Source of the DNA: an uncultured virus (IMG/VR IMGVR_UViG_3300002138_000152)
Lineage: Duplodnaviria; Heunggongvirae; Uroviricota; Caudoviricetes
Strand: one strand, 5' to 3'
DNA length: 64,000 nt
IMG/VR virus record: IMGVR_UViG_3300002138_000152
Shown here: in pieces, positions 1 through 10,129 of the stretch
Numbering within the stretch: the stretch's first letter is position 1
Layout of the letters: the number at the start of each line of letters is the position of its first letter
Made by a program: the position numbers and the translations under genes
Notes under the pieces: generated by a model
What the model was told of the DNA's origin: nothing
What the model saw: the letters and a program-made list of their open reading frames with translations, nothing else
Database searches by the model: none

Positions 1-11
1 TGATTGGTAAA

Positions 12-329
12 ATGGATAAGATAATTAAAGCAGCAAAAACCGAATCAGAGTGGTTAAGACATTACTCACATACTGATTCCAAAAGAGACGAGCAGTTCGA
101 AGACTTTCTATTCTACGATCGCATGCTTCCAAACGGTTATGCTAAAGTTTACATGCCGTTACATCAAAGATGTCCAATGGGTTACATACAAGGTTTAGAT
201 GTTACAGACAACAAAGATATTATTTATGGTCCTAGAAATCATGATAAAGGTATTTATACTGTATTAGAGTTTGTAATTTACAACAAGCTTCCTGGATATC
301 AAGAAATGATTGACTATGTGAAATCTTGA
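12..329 (+). CDS. hypothetical protein
   Basis: 105-aa ORF, no recognisable motif. Confidence 0.6.
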   Translation: MDKIIKAAKTESEWLRHYSHTDSKRDEQFEDFLFYDRMLPNGYAKVYMPLHQRCPMGYIQGLDVTDNKDIIYGPRNHDKGIYTVLEFVIYNKLPGYQEMIDYVKS

Positions 330-364
330 GATGAATATATATTACAAACAAAAATATTAATACT

Positions 365-721
365 ATGCCAATTCTATCAGCTACGCACAAACTCGACAAA
401 TATATTGATGTTTCTGTTACAGACAGTCGCTATGATGATATTGAAAATTCATCAATTACATTTATTACAAGTTATATAGTTGATGTTAATGTAGAAGGAT
501 TATCATTTGATATACAAGAAATAACTGATATTAAACTTAATTATACAGGTATTAATTTTACTGATGAAGATGATATAGAACATCCAATATCATTTACAGT
601 TCTTGATTTTAATAAAGAAGTAACTATTGATAATGCTGGGGGTGATCGTCAAATGCTTCAACCTTCTGAAGTTGAAATAAATATCGATGAAAGTAAAATT
701 CGTTTTTATTTTTTGTATTAA
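365..721 (+). CDS. hypothetical acidic protein
   Basis: 118-aa ORF preceded by ATATATA box (335-341). Confidence 0.65.
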   Translation: MPILSATHKLDKYIDVSVTDSRYDDIENSSITFITSYIVDVNVEGLSFDIQEITDIKLNYTGINFTDEDDIEHPISFTVLDFNKEVTIDNAGGDRQMLQPSEVEINIDESKIRFYFLY

Positions 722-738
722 ATTCGTATGTTTACAGG

Positions 739-1098
739 ATGAAAATATCATTTGATTTTGACTCTTGTTTATCTACTAAACGTATACAACGTCTTGCAAA
801 GACATATATCGATCAAGGACATGAAGTATGGGTTACAACATCTCGTTTTCCTATTTCTGATGAAATTGTAAGTAAATGGCCTTGGATTAAGAATCAAAAT
901 CAAATGTTATTTGAGATTTTAACTGAACTTGGAATTCCACACGATCGTGTAAATTTTACAGCAATGGTTGACAAGTGGACAGTTCTAGATGGATTCGATA
1001 TACATTTTGATGATGATCAAACTGAAATAGACTTAATTGATGAGAATCTTTCATCATGTATAGGTATTCTTATTTTAACACCATATATTTACGAATAA
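739..1098 (+). CDS. small HAD-superfamily phosphatase-like protein
   Basis: ISFDFDSCL (DxD motif I), VTTSR motif II, HFDDD motif IV. Confidence 0.65.
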   Translation: MKISFDFDSCLSTKRIQRLAKTYIDQGHEVWVTTSRFPISDEIVSKWPWIKNQNQMLFEILTELGIPHDRVNFTAMVDKWTVLDGFDIHFDDDQTEIDLIDENLSSCIGILILTPYIYE

Positions 1099-2132
1099 TG
1101 AAGAGTAAACTGTTGCAGCAGCTTGAAGAACGCCCAATACTTGCTAAAACATATTGGAAAGATCTTTATAATATTGATATTGAGGAACTTAAAAAAATGT
1201 ATTCACATCCTAGTCGTGGTTATCATAACTGGGAACATGTCGATAATGTACTTTACCATATTGAGCAGAGTATAGGTTACGATGATAATGGAATGGTCCT
1301 CAGAATTGCTGCATTATTTCATGATGCTATTTATGATAGTCGTAGAAATGATAATGAGGTAAAGAGTGCTAAGCTTGTGCATGATATCAAACTAAGTGAT
1401 CCACTTAAGAAACGTATCATGGATATTATTCTGTTCACTACTTATACACGTGAGCCAGAAACGGAAGAAGAATCAATTTTTATGGATGCTGATTTGAGTA
1501 TCTTTAATGGTACACAAGAAGACATGGTAGCTTTTGAACTTGGTATTTTACATGAATATTCTTGGGTACCACTCAATGTTTATATCGAAGAACGGTGCAA
1601 AGTGCTCGAGAAAATTCGAGACAAATTTCATATTGATACATGGTTTAATATTACATGGTTGAGAACAAAAATTTGGAATATTGGTGTCTATGCTGGATCT
1701 TTCTATCCAATGACTATCGGACACATGGACATCTTGAATCAGGCACGAAAGATTTTTGATCGTGTCATTGTTGTAAAAAGTTCAGACGATCGTGTACAAC
1801 GTAAAACAAAATTTGAATGGGATGATTTTACATTTGGTAGATTAAATAAATGTCTTGACAATTTTGAAACGTATCAAGTAAAAGATTTAATCACTGACAA
1901 CTTACGTGATATAAAGGAAATGTACGGTAGTGCAACACTTATTCGCGGGCTCAGAAATGGTTCAGATCTTCAATATGAACAAAATTATTTACAGACACTT
2001 CGAGAAATTGATCCATCTGTGCAGTTTGTAACATTTCTTTCCAGACCTGAATTTGCACACGTATCAAGTTCTATGGTTCGTGAGTTGTTATCAGTAGATC
2101 CTAAACTAGCAAAACGTTATTACGAGTTCTAA
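1098..2132 (+). CDS. coaD: HD-domain hydrolase fused to phosphopantetheine adenylyltransferase
   Basis: N-term RGYHNWEH..AALFHDAIYD..FMDADL (HD); C-term GVYAGSFYPMTIGH, LIRGLR, VSSSMVREL (PPAT). Start placed at ATG overlapping the upstream TAA. Confidence 0.85.
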   Translation: MKSKLLQQLEERPILAKTYWKDLYNIDIEELKKMYSHPSRGYHNWEHVDNVLYHIEQSIGYDDNGMVLRIAALFHDAIYDSRRNDNEVKSAKLVHDIKLSDPLKKRIMDIILFTTYTREPETEEESIFMDADLSIFNGTQEDMVAFELGILHEYSWVPLNVYIEERCKVLEKIRDKFHIDTWFNITWLRTKIWNIGVYAGSFYPMTIGHMDILNQARKIFDRVIVVKSSDDRVQRKTKFEWDDFTFGRLNKCLDNFETYQVKDLITDNLRDIKEMYGSATLIRGLRNGSDLQYEQNYLQTLREIDPSVQFVTFLSRPEFAHVSSSMVRELLSVDPKLAKRYYEF

Positions 2133-2161
2133 TTCAAACTTTCTGAAATGTCTGTAGTATA

Positions 2162-2731
2162 ATGTGCATGAATAACAGCACAGTGACTACAGATCAAAAA
2201 AATCTTCCAAATACACGTATTAAACTCATTATAGCTATTGATAAGAACGGTGTAATGGGAATTGATAATAAACTTCCTTGGCGTCTTTCAGAAGACCTAA
2301 AACAATTCAAGAAAGAAACTGATGGATACCCATTAATTATGGGTTCTGCCACATTCAAATCACTTCCAGGTATTCTTCCTAACAGAGAACATTTAGTGCT
2401 CTCAAAATCACTCTATGGAGACGAGGACAAGTCTGTCTTCACATCTATCAAAGAGTTAATTGATTACCTAAACGATTCAGGATACGAAAGTGCTTATGTT
2501 ATAGGTGGAGCAAATGTTATTTCTCAATTTACTTACATGAATCTTATTGATGAATTGATAATAACACATGTTGATTGTGAGGTAGAAGGAGACACTATTC
2601 TAAATATTGACACAGATCTTAAAATTCATTCTTGGTCACTTTATCGTAGTGAAAAATACACTAAAAACGAAAAGAACCAATACAGCTTTACAATCAATCG
2701 ATACACACGTACAAAAAAAAGATTCTATTAA
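2162..2731 (+). CDS. folA: dihydrofolate reductase
   Basis: IIAIDKNGVMG, LPWRLSEDLKQFK, LIMGSATF, LPNR, VIGG, EGDT. Confidence 0.95.
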   Translation: MCMNNSTVTTDQKNLPNTRIKLIIAIDKNGVMGIDNKLPWRLSEDLKQFKKETDGYPLIMGSATFKSLPGILPNREHLVLSKSLYGDEDKSVFTSIKELIDYLNDSGYESAYVIGGANVISQFTYMNLIDELIITHVDCEVEGDTILNIDTDLKIHSWSLYRSEKYTKNEKNQYSFTINRYTRTKKRFY

Positions 2732-2734
2732 CAT

Positions 2735-3583
2735 ATGACTATTAAAAACAAAATAACTGAAATACACAATCATTTGGTTAAGATATTTACTGAGATAATG
2801 TCATATCCACAATTGTCAACTTATGACTACAATACATTCATAATTGCAACTTTAGATAGTGATCAATATTTACAACAGTTGGAAAAAGAACATTTTGCAC
2901 CAGTTACACAATTTATTGATCAGTACATACAGATGGATCTAGATTGGTTAAATAATGTTCGTAATGATATCTGTTCGATGTCAAAAGCAGCATTTGATAA
3001 ACGATTAAATTCTATCGATACTGCTCGTGATGTGCTAACTAGTAATGAGATTATTTCCAATTTAAAACAGATGTTAAAAGAATCGAATAATTTTAAAGAA
3101 GCTCATATTGAATTTAAAGTCGAAAAAAATCCGACAAACGAATTCAAAGAACAAGAAATTGACAATGAACTGCTGGATAATATTGCTGCTCGTGTTGATG
3201 ATGCTTTTACTGAGAAATGGCCACTTCTAATGAATAAACATATCGTTAATCAAACATTAAAATGTAAAGAATTTGAAAAAATATTCATAACTGAGGCTGA
3301 AACATTAGAAGAACTTTTTGATATTGAAGAAGTAAGTAAACCAAATTACGTGCATGTTGATCTTGAAAATCGAGCAGAGTTAAAACTATTTGCAAACATG
3401 ACAAATCTTGACATTAAACAATTAATTATTGATGACGTCAACGGATTGTTTTATGACACTACGAATGATGTAATTCTCATTCGTTACATAAACGGTAAAT
3501 CAGAATTTCCAAGCCTTACAGAATATATGAATTCACAGGAACCATTTAGTGCTTCATTTTACCAAACCGACGGACAATTGTGA
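2735..3583 (+). CDS. hypothetical protein
   Basis: 282-aa ORF in operon. Confidence 0.7.
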   Translation: MTIKNKITEIHNHLVKIFTEIMSYPQLSTYDYNTFIIATLDSDQYLQQLEKEHFAPVTQFIDQYIQMDLDWLNNVRNDICSMSKAAFDKRLNSIDTARDVLTSNEIISNLKQMLKESNNFKEAHIEFKVEKNPTNEFKEQEIDNELLDNIAARVDDAFTEKWPLLMNKHIVNQTLKCKEFEKIFITEAETLEELFDIEEVSKPNYVHVDLENRAELKLFANMTNLDIKQLIIDDVNGLFYDTTNDVILIRYINGKSEFPSLTEYMNSQEPFSASFYQTDGQL

Positions 3584-3888
3584 TGAGTATAAAAGAAAAA
3601 AAATCAACATCTTGCTGAGAATATTGATGCATTGATTACCGATTTTATAGAATCGTATCAATCTGGTCCAGCAGAAACACTATACTATAATACGTATTCT
3701 ACAACTTGTATAAAATATTTGAGTGAGTGTATTGACCTATTTAATACTTTTTCACCGTTTGACCCAGATAGTGAATTGTTAAAAGATTACGTGTACCTTC
3801 AATACTTACGCGAGATCATGTGTGATACGATGAAAGAAAGAAAGAAAATACTTAAAATGTTATGTTCCAGGTAACGAGCATAAAAAGG

Positions 3889-3917
3889 AAGAGGAGATCA
3901 ATTGATCTCCTCTTTTT
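3889..3917. terminator. bidirectional intrinsic terminator
   Basis: AAGAGGAGATCAATTGATCTCCTCTTTTT between convergent genes. Confidence 0.8.
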
Positions 3918-3920
3918 CAT

Positions 3921-5840
3921 TTATGATATTTTGTAATATCCTTGTTTTGTAATTCTAAAAACTATGGTTCCAGAATTATATTTTGTTAAAAATTTCACAT
4001 AATTTATTAAAGCTGAAATACTACCAGCAGTAGCGCCTGAAACTGGTCCTTGTGGTGGATATACATAATGTATAACATCACCATTTTGGTATTCCGGCCA
4101 GGCATCAGGTGTTTCTGTTTGTGTAAATATTCTAAAAGCTTGACCAGCACTATCAGTAATACGAGCCTGTAAAAATATATTTTTTAAATACTCAGCACCA
4201 CTTACAATTTCAAATTCTAAAAATGGTGAAATTGTGTTGACACCAGAAATTGCAATTGATCCGAAATTAAAAGTTCCAAAATTAGTTACGCCTGTGTTAC
4301 CTGTAAATGTACATAACATACCAGGATTCTTAGCTGTAAAAACAAATGTACCGCCTGTTAATCCTGTAGTAACAGTACCTGTGGCTACAGTACCTGTAGC
4401 TGGTGCTTGTGCTGCAATTGACCCTAATAATGTATAATTAGTAGAAACAATTGGTTTTTTACGCAACCAATTATTAGAGATACGACTAAATGTATCAGCA
4501 TTAATTCTAGCATTTCTTAATGTCCCTTTTACATTGGGGTGAACACTATTATCAGTAAATGGACAATGTGTGAAAGTTACAGTTGTATTTGTTCCTGATG
4601 CTGAAACTGTATAAGTACCAATGTCACCTGTTCCTGTTCCAAATGCTGTAATATAAAATGTTGATGCACCAATAAAAAAATAACTATTGATTTCTAATGG
4701 TACTACTGGTGATGACGTTACTGTAAGTGTTGTTCCACTGCGTGAACCTTGAACTGGGTATGTAATAGGTATTGATAGATCTGTAGGCTCAGAATATGAT
4801 ATCAGATCACTGCAAAATATTGTGTCATTATTATCTAATGATAATATGTAATCACGTATTTCCGCATAATTTGTTTTAAGTGTTGGTGTGGAATATGATA
4901 ATGATGGGTGGGGGGTATTCAATAATATTTTAACACCAACCCATCGTTCCTGAACCATATTAATCCACTTATCAATTGAAATTATCATCTGTGGTACTGT
5001 TTGTCCAGCGACAATATCATTTTCAACAAGTGCATACCCAATCGCAATATCAGGATATGGATTGTAATTTGCTAATCCAATTGGATTGAACCAATGTGTT
5101 TCTATATCACCAAGCATGGTAGCGAGAGTAGCTCCGCCTCTACCATAGATTCCAAATGCATCACAATATGTAGTTATAGTTGTTGGTGTGAACTCCATAC
5201 ATGAATCAGATATAGAATTTGCTATATGAATACCCTTTTGCATTCCTGATGATTGAGTAGATTGTGATAATACTGCAATAGAATTTCCAAATGCTACAGC
5301 TTTCATTAAATTCATTGAATCAGAAATCAAAACATATTTTGTTCCGTTCCATTTGTATGTTGTTCCCGTTTCTAAATTCAAGTACAGTCTATTAGACATA
5401 CCAGTATCTGGAAAATCCGCAACACTTGAATAACCAATTGTTGTAAAGAATGTACCAACTACAGCAGGAGTAATTGCTGATCTTGGATATTCATAACTCA
5501 AAAATGATATAAGATTACGTGGTTGATAGATATCAAGAAATGTTTCACTAACAGATGGAATTGCTGATAAATAATATCTATCAGTCCAATCAGCAGTTGG
5601 GATGTATTGATCAAAATCTGCTGCATCAATTTCATCACGTGTATATACAGCAAGATGACCGTCACGATCCGTATTCATAAATATGAAAAATTGTCTATAA
5701 TCAAATGTTGGATCAGGTGTTGCTGGAAGTGCTGGTATAGATGATTCTTCTGGAAAAAATGTCTTGTATGCAAATAATTGTTCAAGCATTTTACGATCGT
5801 GATCATTTTCTGGTACAATTTTAAATGTTCTGCTAGCCAT
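3921..5840 (-). CDS. virion/tail-associated protein with SGNH/GDSL-like domain
   Basis: AFGNSIA, YGRGGAT and SVHPNVKG blocks; Thr/Gly-rich beta C-terminus; TATATATA box upstream. Confidence 0.55.
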   Translation of the reverse strand: MASRTFKIVPENDHDRKMLEQLFAYKTFFPEESSIPALPATPDPTFDYRQFFIFMNTDRDGHLAVYTRDEIDAADFDQYIPTADWTDRYYLSAIPSVSETFLDIYQPRNLISFLSYEYPRSAITPAVVGTFFTTIGYSSVADFPDTGMSNRLYLNLETGTTYKWNGTKYVLISDSMNLMKAVAFGNSIAVLSQSTQSSGMQKGIHIANSISDSCMEFTPTTITTYCDAFGIYGRGGATLATMLGDIETHWFNPIGLANYNPYPDIAIGYALVENDIVAGQTVPQMIISIDKWINMVQERWVGVKILLNTPHPSLSYSTPTLKTNYAEIRDYILSLDNNDTIFCSDLISYSEPTDLSIPITYPVQGSRSGTTLTVTSSPVVPLEINSYFFIGASTFYITAFGTGTGDIGTYTVSASGTNTTVTFTHCPFTDNSVHPNVKGTLRNARINADTFSRISNNWLRKKPIVSTNYTLLGSIAAQAPATGTVATGTVTTGLTGGTFVFTAKNPGMLCTFTGNTGVTNFGTFNFGSIAISGVNTISPFLEFEIVSGAEYLKNIFLQARITDSAGQAFRIFTQTETPDAWPEYQNGDVIHYVYPPQGPVSGATAGSISALINYVKFLTKYNSGTIVFRITKQGYYKIS

Positions 5841-5890
5841 GTATCAATGATTTTATTTTTATATATAGAATAAAGCTAGTTTTCACTTAC

Positions 5891-6631
5891 ATGATCACAT
5901 CAATAAACGAATTTAAACAATACATCAACGAAACAATAGATGTAAAAGACTCAGCATTTGATAAATTTATTAGGACTAATGCAGATAAATTAGTAAATAG
6001 AACATCTAAATATTTGCCACAAATAAATAAATTATTTGCTGGCTCTGGGTTTATGGTAATAATTGATGATAATAATAGTAAATATAAGTATAAAATTATT
6101 AATGCAGCTGGTGAAACAGTATTATCTTCACGTATGTTTAGAGATTTAATGGAAAAAATTAGAGATCTTGCTCGTCCTTATGCAACATTAAAACAATCAC
6201 ATACTAAAGAAACACCTACAGTATTAAATAATAACGGAACAACAAAAGTATCTGTAACAAAAACACCAGTATTAAATACAGAAATTATGTCTCTTGAAGA
6301 TCTTAGTAATAATTTAGAAAATAAAAGTTATAAGTCTGGTCGTTTTGACATTGATTTTGATATACAAAAAACTGGTGATAATATTAGATTATTAATTGCT
6401 GCACATGGTAAACGCGGTTATCCTAGAGAAGCATATTTAAAAGCACTTAGCACACCATTACCAACATTACCAAATGGCTATGAATATGTCGATCGTAAAC
6501 CAAAAGATTATACAGGTAATATTATGACTCCAACGTCAATAAAATCTGATGATGATAATTATGATGATCGTGGTTATATCGATTCAGAATTTTCTGGTGT
6601 AGTCTATTACAATGTACAAAAAACATCATAA
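5891..6631 (+). CDS. hypothetical protein, possibly virion internal protein
   Basis: MITSINEFKQYINE N-terminus resembling leaders of T4-like internal head proteins; shares TATATATA box (5860-5867). Confidence 0.55.
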   Translation: MITSINEFKQYINETIDVKDSAFDKFIRTNADKLVNRTSKYLPQINKLFAGSGFMVIIDDNNSKYKYKIINAAGETVLSSRMFRDLMEKIRDLARPYATLKQSHTKETPTVLNNNGTTKVSVTKTPVLNTEIMSLEDLSNNLENKSYKSGRFDIDFDIQKTGDNIRLLIAAHGKRGYPREAYLKALSTPLPTLPNGYEYVDRKPKDYTGNIMTPTSIKSDDDNYDDRGYIDSEFSGVVYYNVQKTS

Positions 6632-6678
6632 AGTTTTTTATATCAAATAAAAATATTACATTTGAAAAAATTAAAAAA

Positions 6679-7035
6679 ATGATATTTATTATAATCGCAA
6701 TATTTTTAATAATAATATTTACATGTACTATTAACATATACAAAAAAATCAAAATAGTTGATGATAAAATGTGGAGTTATATTGCTACTCCATGTGAAAC
6801 AATATTCAATGTAACTAATTTTAATAATTGGTTTTGTGATCCAAACAATAATGCTGTTTATGCACATAGTGGTATTTATGGTCGCTGTGATAAATTAAGT
6901 ATTGCGCATATTGAAGATTATATGCTTAAATGTTATGGAATAAATGATAAGGATAAAACTTTATGTCATGGTCATTCAAAACAACAACTGATTGATGATT
7001 TTTATCAAGATATTAGAAAAGATTGGTTAAAATAA
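6679..7035 (+). CDS. hypothetical membrane-anchored protein
   Basis: hydrophobic N-terminus; TACATTTG box upstream. Confidence 0.55.
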   Translation: MIFIIIAIFLIIIFTCTINIYKKIKIVDDKMWSYIATPCETIFNVTNFNNWFCDPNNNAVYAHSGIYGRCDKLSIAHIEDYMLKCYGINDKDKTLCHGHSKQQLIDDFYQDIRKDWLK

Positions 7036-7066
7036 AAAAATATTTTTTTATTTGAAAAAATAGTTG

Positions 7067-7104
7067 TACATTTGTCAAACAAAAGAAGAATTAAAACATA
7101 TATA
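7067..7104 (+). promoter_or_regulatory. promoter region of tRNA operon (TACATTTG box and ATATATA box)
   Basis: TACATTTG 7067-7074 fits Bacteroidota TAnnTTTG; ATATATA 7098-7104. Confidence 0.55.
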
Positions 7105-7111
7105 ACGTATA

Positions 7112-7201
7112 ATGAAAACAATTACAAACATATCATCAAGCTCACGCAGCCGACGCTCGTCATCAAGACGTAGTGGATATGTATTGTCTGAGGTTTTCTA
7201 A
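7112..7201 (+). CDS. Ser/Arg-rich attenuator leader peptide MKTITNISSSSRSRRSSSRRSGYVLSEVF
   Basis: 29 codons; codons 8-21 (7133-7174) are all Ser or Arg; too short for the ORF track. Confidence 0.85.
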   Translation: MKTITNISSSSRSRRSSSRRSGYVLSEVF

Positions 7202-7266
7202 CATTATAGAAAAATATTATCTCTTAGGAGATGTTAAAACCTCAGATATTATCTGAGGCTTTTTTT
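7186..7266 (+). promoter_or_regulatory. attenuator: antiterminator versus intrinsic terminator
   Basis: TCTGAGGTTTT (7187-7197) complements AAAACCTCAGA (7236-7246); competing terminator CCTCAGAT-ATT-ATCTGAGG (7240-7258) followed by C and T7. Confidence 0.85.
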
Positions 7267-7281
7267 ATTTAATAAAATTAT

Positions 7282-7371
7282 GGAAGATGAATCAGTCCGG
7301 CGACTGACCCTGTCTTGAAAACAGTGGGTTCCTCAGAGATGGGGGATTGGGATCGACACCTACTTCTTCCT
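7282..7371 (+). tRNA. tRNA-Ser(TGA)
   Basis: GGAAGA/TCTTCC acceptor, CTGT-CTTGAAA-ACAG anticodon arm, long variable arm; T-loop slightly atypical (ATCGACA). Confidence 0.85.
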
Positions 7372-7403
7372 CATTGACTTTTTAGTGAAACAAATATAAA
7401 AAT

Positions 7404-7488
7404 AGAGAGTAAACTTGAATGGCTCAAGGCTCGCCTGCTAAGCGATGCGTACCCGAAAGGGTATTTGGTTCGACTCCAATTCTCTCTA
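7404..7488 (+). tRNA. tRNA-Ser(GCT)
   Basis: AGAGAG/CTCTCT acceptor, TCGC-CTGCTAA-GCGA, long variable arm, TTCGACT T-loop. Confidence 0.9.
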
Positions 7489-7494
7489 CTTAAT

Positions 7495-7565
7495 GCCTGC
7501 TTAGTGTAATGGAAGCACATGTGGATTCTACCCACAGAGTGAGGGTTCAAGTCCTTCAGCGGGTA
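7495..7565 (+). tRNA. tRNA-Arg(TCT)
   Basis: GCCTGCT/AGCGGGT, TGTGG-ATTCTAC-CCACA, GAGGG-TTCAAGT-CCTTC. Confidence 0.9.
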
Positions 7566-7572
7566 CTAAAAT

Positions 7573-7647
7573 GCGCTTGTAGTTTAATTGGAAAAATACT
7601 CGGCTACGAACCGAGAGACGTGACGGGTTCGACTCCCTCCAGGCGTA
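7573..7647 (+). tRNA. tRNA-Arg(ACG)
   Basis: GCGCTTG/CAGGCGT, CTCGG-CTACGAA-CCGAG, TTCGACT T-loop. Confidence 0.9.
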
Positions 7648-7652
7648 CTTAA

Positions 7653-7724
7653 GTTTCTGTAGTTCAACGGATAGAATGACCGGTTTCGGCCCGGTTGATG
7701 TGGGTTCAAATCCCGCCAGGAACT
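7653..7724 (+). tRNA. tRNA-Arg(TCG)
   Basis: GTTTCTG/CAGGAAC, ACCGG-TTTCGGC-CCGGT, GTGGG-TTCAAAT-CCCGC. Confidence 0.9.
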
Positions 7725-7726
7725 CT

Positions 7727-8272
7727 TTAAATAGTTGTATTCGATTCAGACTGGTCGTTGAGTTCTTGATTCAAATTATAATCCTTGATCTCATCGACCT
7801 TTGCCGGTCTTAAGTCTGTACCTTCTGTATTCACATTAGCAGCGACAATCGTATCAGTTGCTGGTTGTGTGGTTCCTGTATTAACATTCTCAGTTGGATC
7901 CAATTCATTAGTCTGACGAGGTTCAGAGAAGTTCACATTACCAATATCAGAAGGAACTGTGTATGTGTAAACATCCATCGGTACGTAATCAAGTGTTACA
8001 GGTTTTTCAATAGCTGCTGGTGCATTATTAACTTTCTTTAATGATTGTGCAGTAACTATTGGTTTATTATCTGTTTTATCATAAACATTACCACCAAGTA
8101 ATGGTTTAACTACTGGTGTAATATTATTTATATTTCCAAGATGCTTATTATTTTCATTTGGTGTTGTAGGACCATTAATATTTCCCAACGGCTTATTAAA
8201 CGTTGAAAGATTTACTAACTGTAAATCTTCTTTGTATACATTTGTTACTGATTTTACCTGTCGCTTAGCCAT
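7727..8272 (-). CDS. hypothetical low-complexity protein
   Basis: 181-aa Asn/Thr/Pro-rich ORF coupled to upstream gene. Confidence 0.6.
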   Translation of the reverse strand: MAKRQVKSVTNVYKEDLQLVNLSTFNKPLGNINGPTTPNENNKHLGNINNITPVVKPLLGGNVYDKTDNKPIVTAQSLKKVNNAPAAIEKPVTLDYVPMDVYTYTVPSDIGNVNFSEPRQTNELDPTENVNTGTTQPATDTIVAANVNTEGTDLRPAKVDEIKDYNLNQELNDQSESNTTI

Positions 8273-9126
8273 TATACAATCTCTTCATTATTTTCAATAT
8301 CACCTAATACCATGAGTTGATTTTGAAACCATTCAGAACATTCAGATGTAATTCGTGTTTTATTTAACGTATAGAAGTCTTTGATGTAACGTTTGATAAT
8401 CTCACCTGAAACATTCAAACATTTTTTACGTTGACCATTCATTGAATCGATCATGATTATATCTGTTTCATTATCAGTAGGATAATCAAGCATAGCAAAG
8501 AAATTGTTTTTGAATTCTAAATCGTTAACTGTATCATCATCAGTAAGAGCTTCTGAAACTTTTGATTTAGAAAGATCTAAGATAGGATTTTTTACAATTG
8601 GTGTTCCTTTGTGTGTTTTTATTTTCTTACGTTGTTTAATGCGTTCTTTAGGCAGAATTTCAAGTCCAATTGCATTAGCTGGAAGTTTCTTTTGTACTTT
8701 CATTTTTGTAGCTGATATGTCACCAGAACCAAATGACCCCATCATTCCTGGAGTTGAATTGATACCAGGCATAACAACCGCACCCATTCCTGCAGTATTA
8801 GCTGGTCCTGCAAGTGATGCATCTTCAAAAATTGTGGTAACGTCTTGCTCTTTAGCAATACGATCAACAAGTGAACCGATTGCATTTCTGAGGGTACGCT
8901 CATCAATTTTACATTTTTTTACAAATGAATGTGGTGTAATATCTTTAATAAGGTTTTTTTCAATAGCAATAGTTCTATAGATATACTGCTCAACTTTTGG
9001 ATTCTCTTTATAACGAACACGTACAACGATAATACTATCTTGTACTTCAGTCACATCAAAATACCATTTATTATTGAGAAAAAGTTGATCACCGGGAACC
9101 AATACGTTTGTTTCAGTTGAATTCAT
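8272..9126 (-). CDS. hypothetical protein, possibly virion
   Basis: 284-aa ORF, ATATATA box immediately upstream. Confidence 0.65.
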   Translation of the reverse strand: MNSTETNVLVPGDQLFLNNKWYFDVTEVQDSIIVVRVRYKENPKVEQYIYRTIAIEKNLIKDITPHSFVKKCKIDERTLRNAIGSLVDRIAKEQDVTTIFEDASLAGPANTAGMGAVVMPGINSTPGMMGSFGSGDISATKMKVQKKLPANAIGLEILPKERIKQRKKIKTHKGTPIVKNPILDLSKSKVSEALTDDDTVNDLEFKNNFFAMLDYPTDNETDIIMIDSMNGQRKKCLNVSGEIIKRYIKDFYTLNKTRITSECSEWFQNQLMVLGDIENNEEIV

Positions 9127-9398
9127 GAATTATATATTAAAAATACAAAATATTGCAACCAACGTAACATTATTATCACTATATTTGTATTCTAAATAAT
9201 AAAATATGAATGATATCGTTTACAGTTTACTCGTTGAAGAATTGAAATACTATAAAGGACTTAGTTTTCATCATGAGTCTTATTCATATATTAGAAAAAT
9301 TGAAGCAAAAATCGAAATACTTGAAGATTTAATTTCAAAAGCAGATTCACGTTTAAAAGAAAATCTATAAATTTTATTTTTATTACTATATTTATCAT

Positions 9399-9803
9399 AT
9401 GAAAACAGTTTTTATTTTACGTGCTTGTCCAGGAGCTGGAAAGTCTACACTTGCCGAATCACTTACAGACAATAATCGTTCATCAACAATTTGTTGTGCT
9501 GATGATTACTTTATGCATGGTGACGAATACCGTTTTGATCCGGAAAAAATTGGAGCAGCACATCAATGGTGTCAGAAGATGTTTGATGACGCTACAACTG
9601 AAGGTGTTGAAATTGTAGTAGTAGCAAATACTAATACACATGAACGTGATGTGAATCACTACCGCAATCTTGCAATAGAACGTGGATATATGGTTTTTGT
9701 AACTATCGTTGAAAATTGGCACAATGGTAATGATGTTCATAATGTTCCATCTGAAGTAAAAGACAAAATGCGAAATGCTATTAAACAAAATATAAAACTT
9801 TAA
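9399..9803 (+). CDS. P-loop kinase, AAA_33/polynucleotide-kinase-like
   Basis: ILRACPGAGKST, CADDYF, AHQWCQ, VANTN, HNVP. Confidence 0.85.
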   Translation: MKTVFILRACPGAGKSTLAESLTDNNRSSTICCADDYFMHGDEYRFDPEKIGAAHQWCQKMFDDATTEGVEIVVVANTNTHERDVNHYRNLAIERGYMVFVTIVENWHNGNDVHNVPSEVKDKMRNAIKQNIKL

Positions 9804-9804
9804 T

Positions 9805-10122
9805 ATGAATAAAATTCAATACATTAAGCTTCTTGAATTAAGAGGTGTTACAGTACTTAATGGTACAACTCTTGCTGACGCAGTAAAAAAAACAGGTGGT
9901 GATCCTACTATAGCCGAAATGGTTGAAGTGAATAAATTATCAATGTTTTATTTTATGGAACAATATAATGAGCAAAAAGCATTAAATGAACAATTGAATA
10001 CAGAAAACATTAAATTACAGGAAAGATCTGATTGGTTATCATGTCTTGAAGCAGCTGGGGTTGATAACTGGGAAGGATATGACATTGCATACGATATGCA
10101 AGATGAACTCTTTCCAAAATAA
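9805..10122 (+). CDS. phage protein with LEAAGVDNWEGY motif (T7 gp1.7-like C-terminus)
   Basis: C-terminal motif recognised from phage proteins. Confidence 0.5.
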   Translation: MNKIQYIKLLELRGVTVLNGTTLADAVKKTGGDPTIAEMVEVNKLSMFYFMEQYNEQKALNEQLNTENIKLQERSDWLSCLEAAGVDNWEGYDIAYDMQDELFPK

Positions 10123-10129
10123 AAATAAA

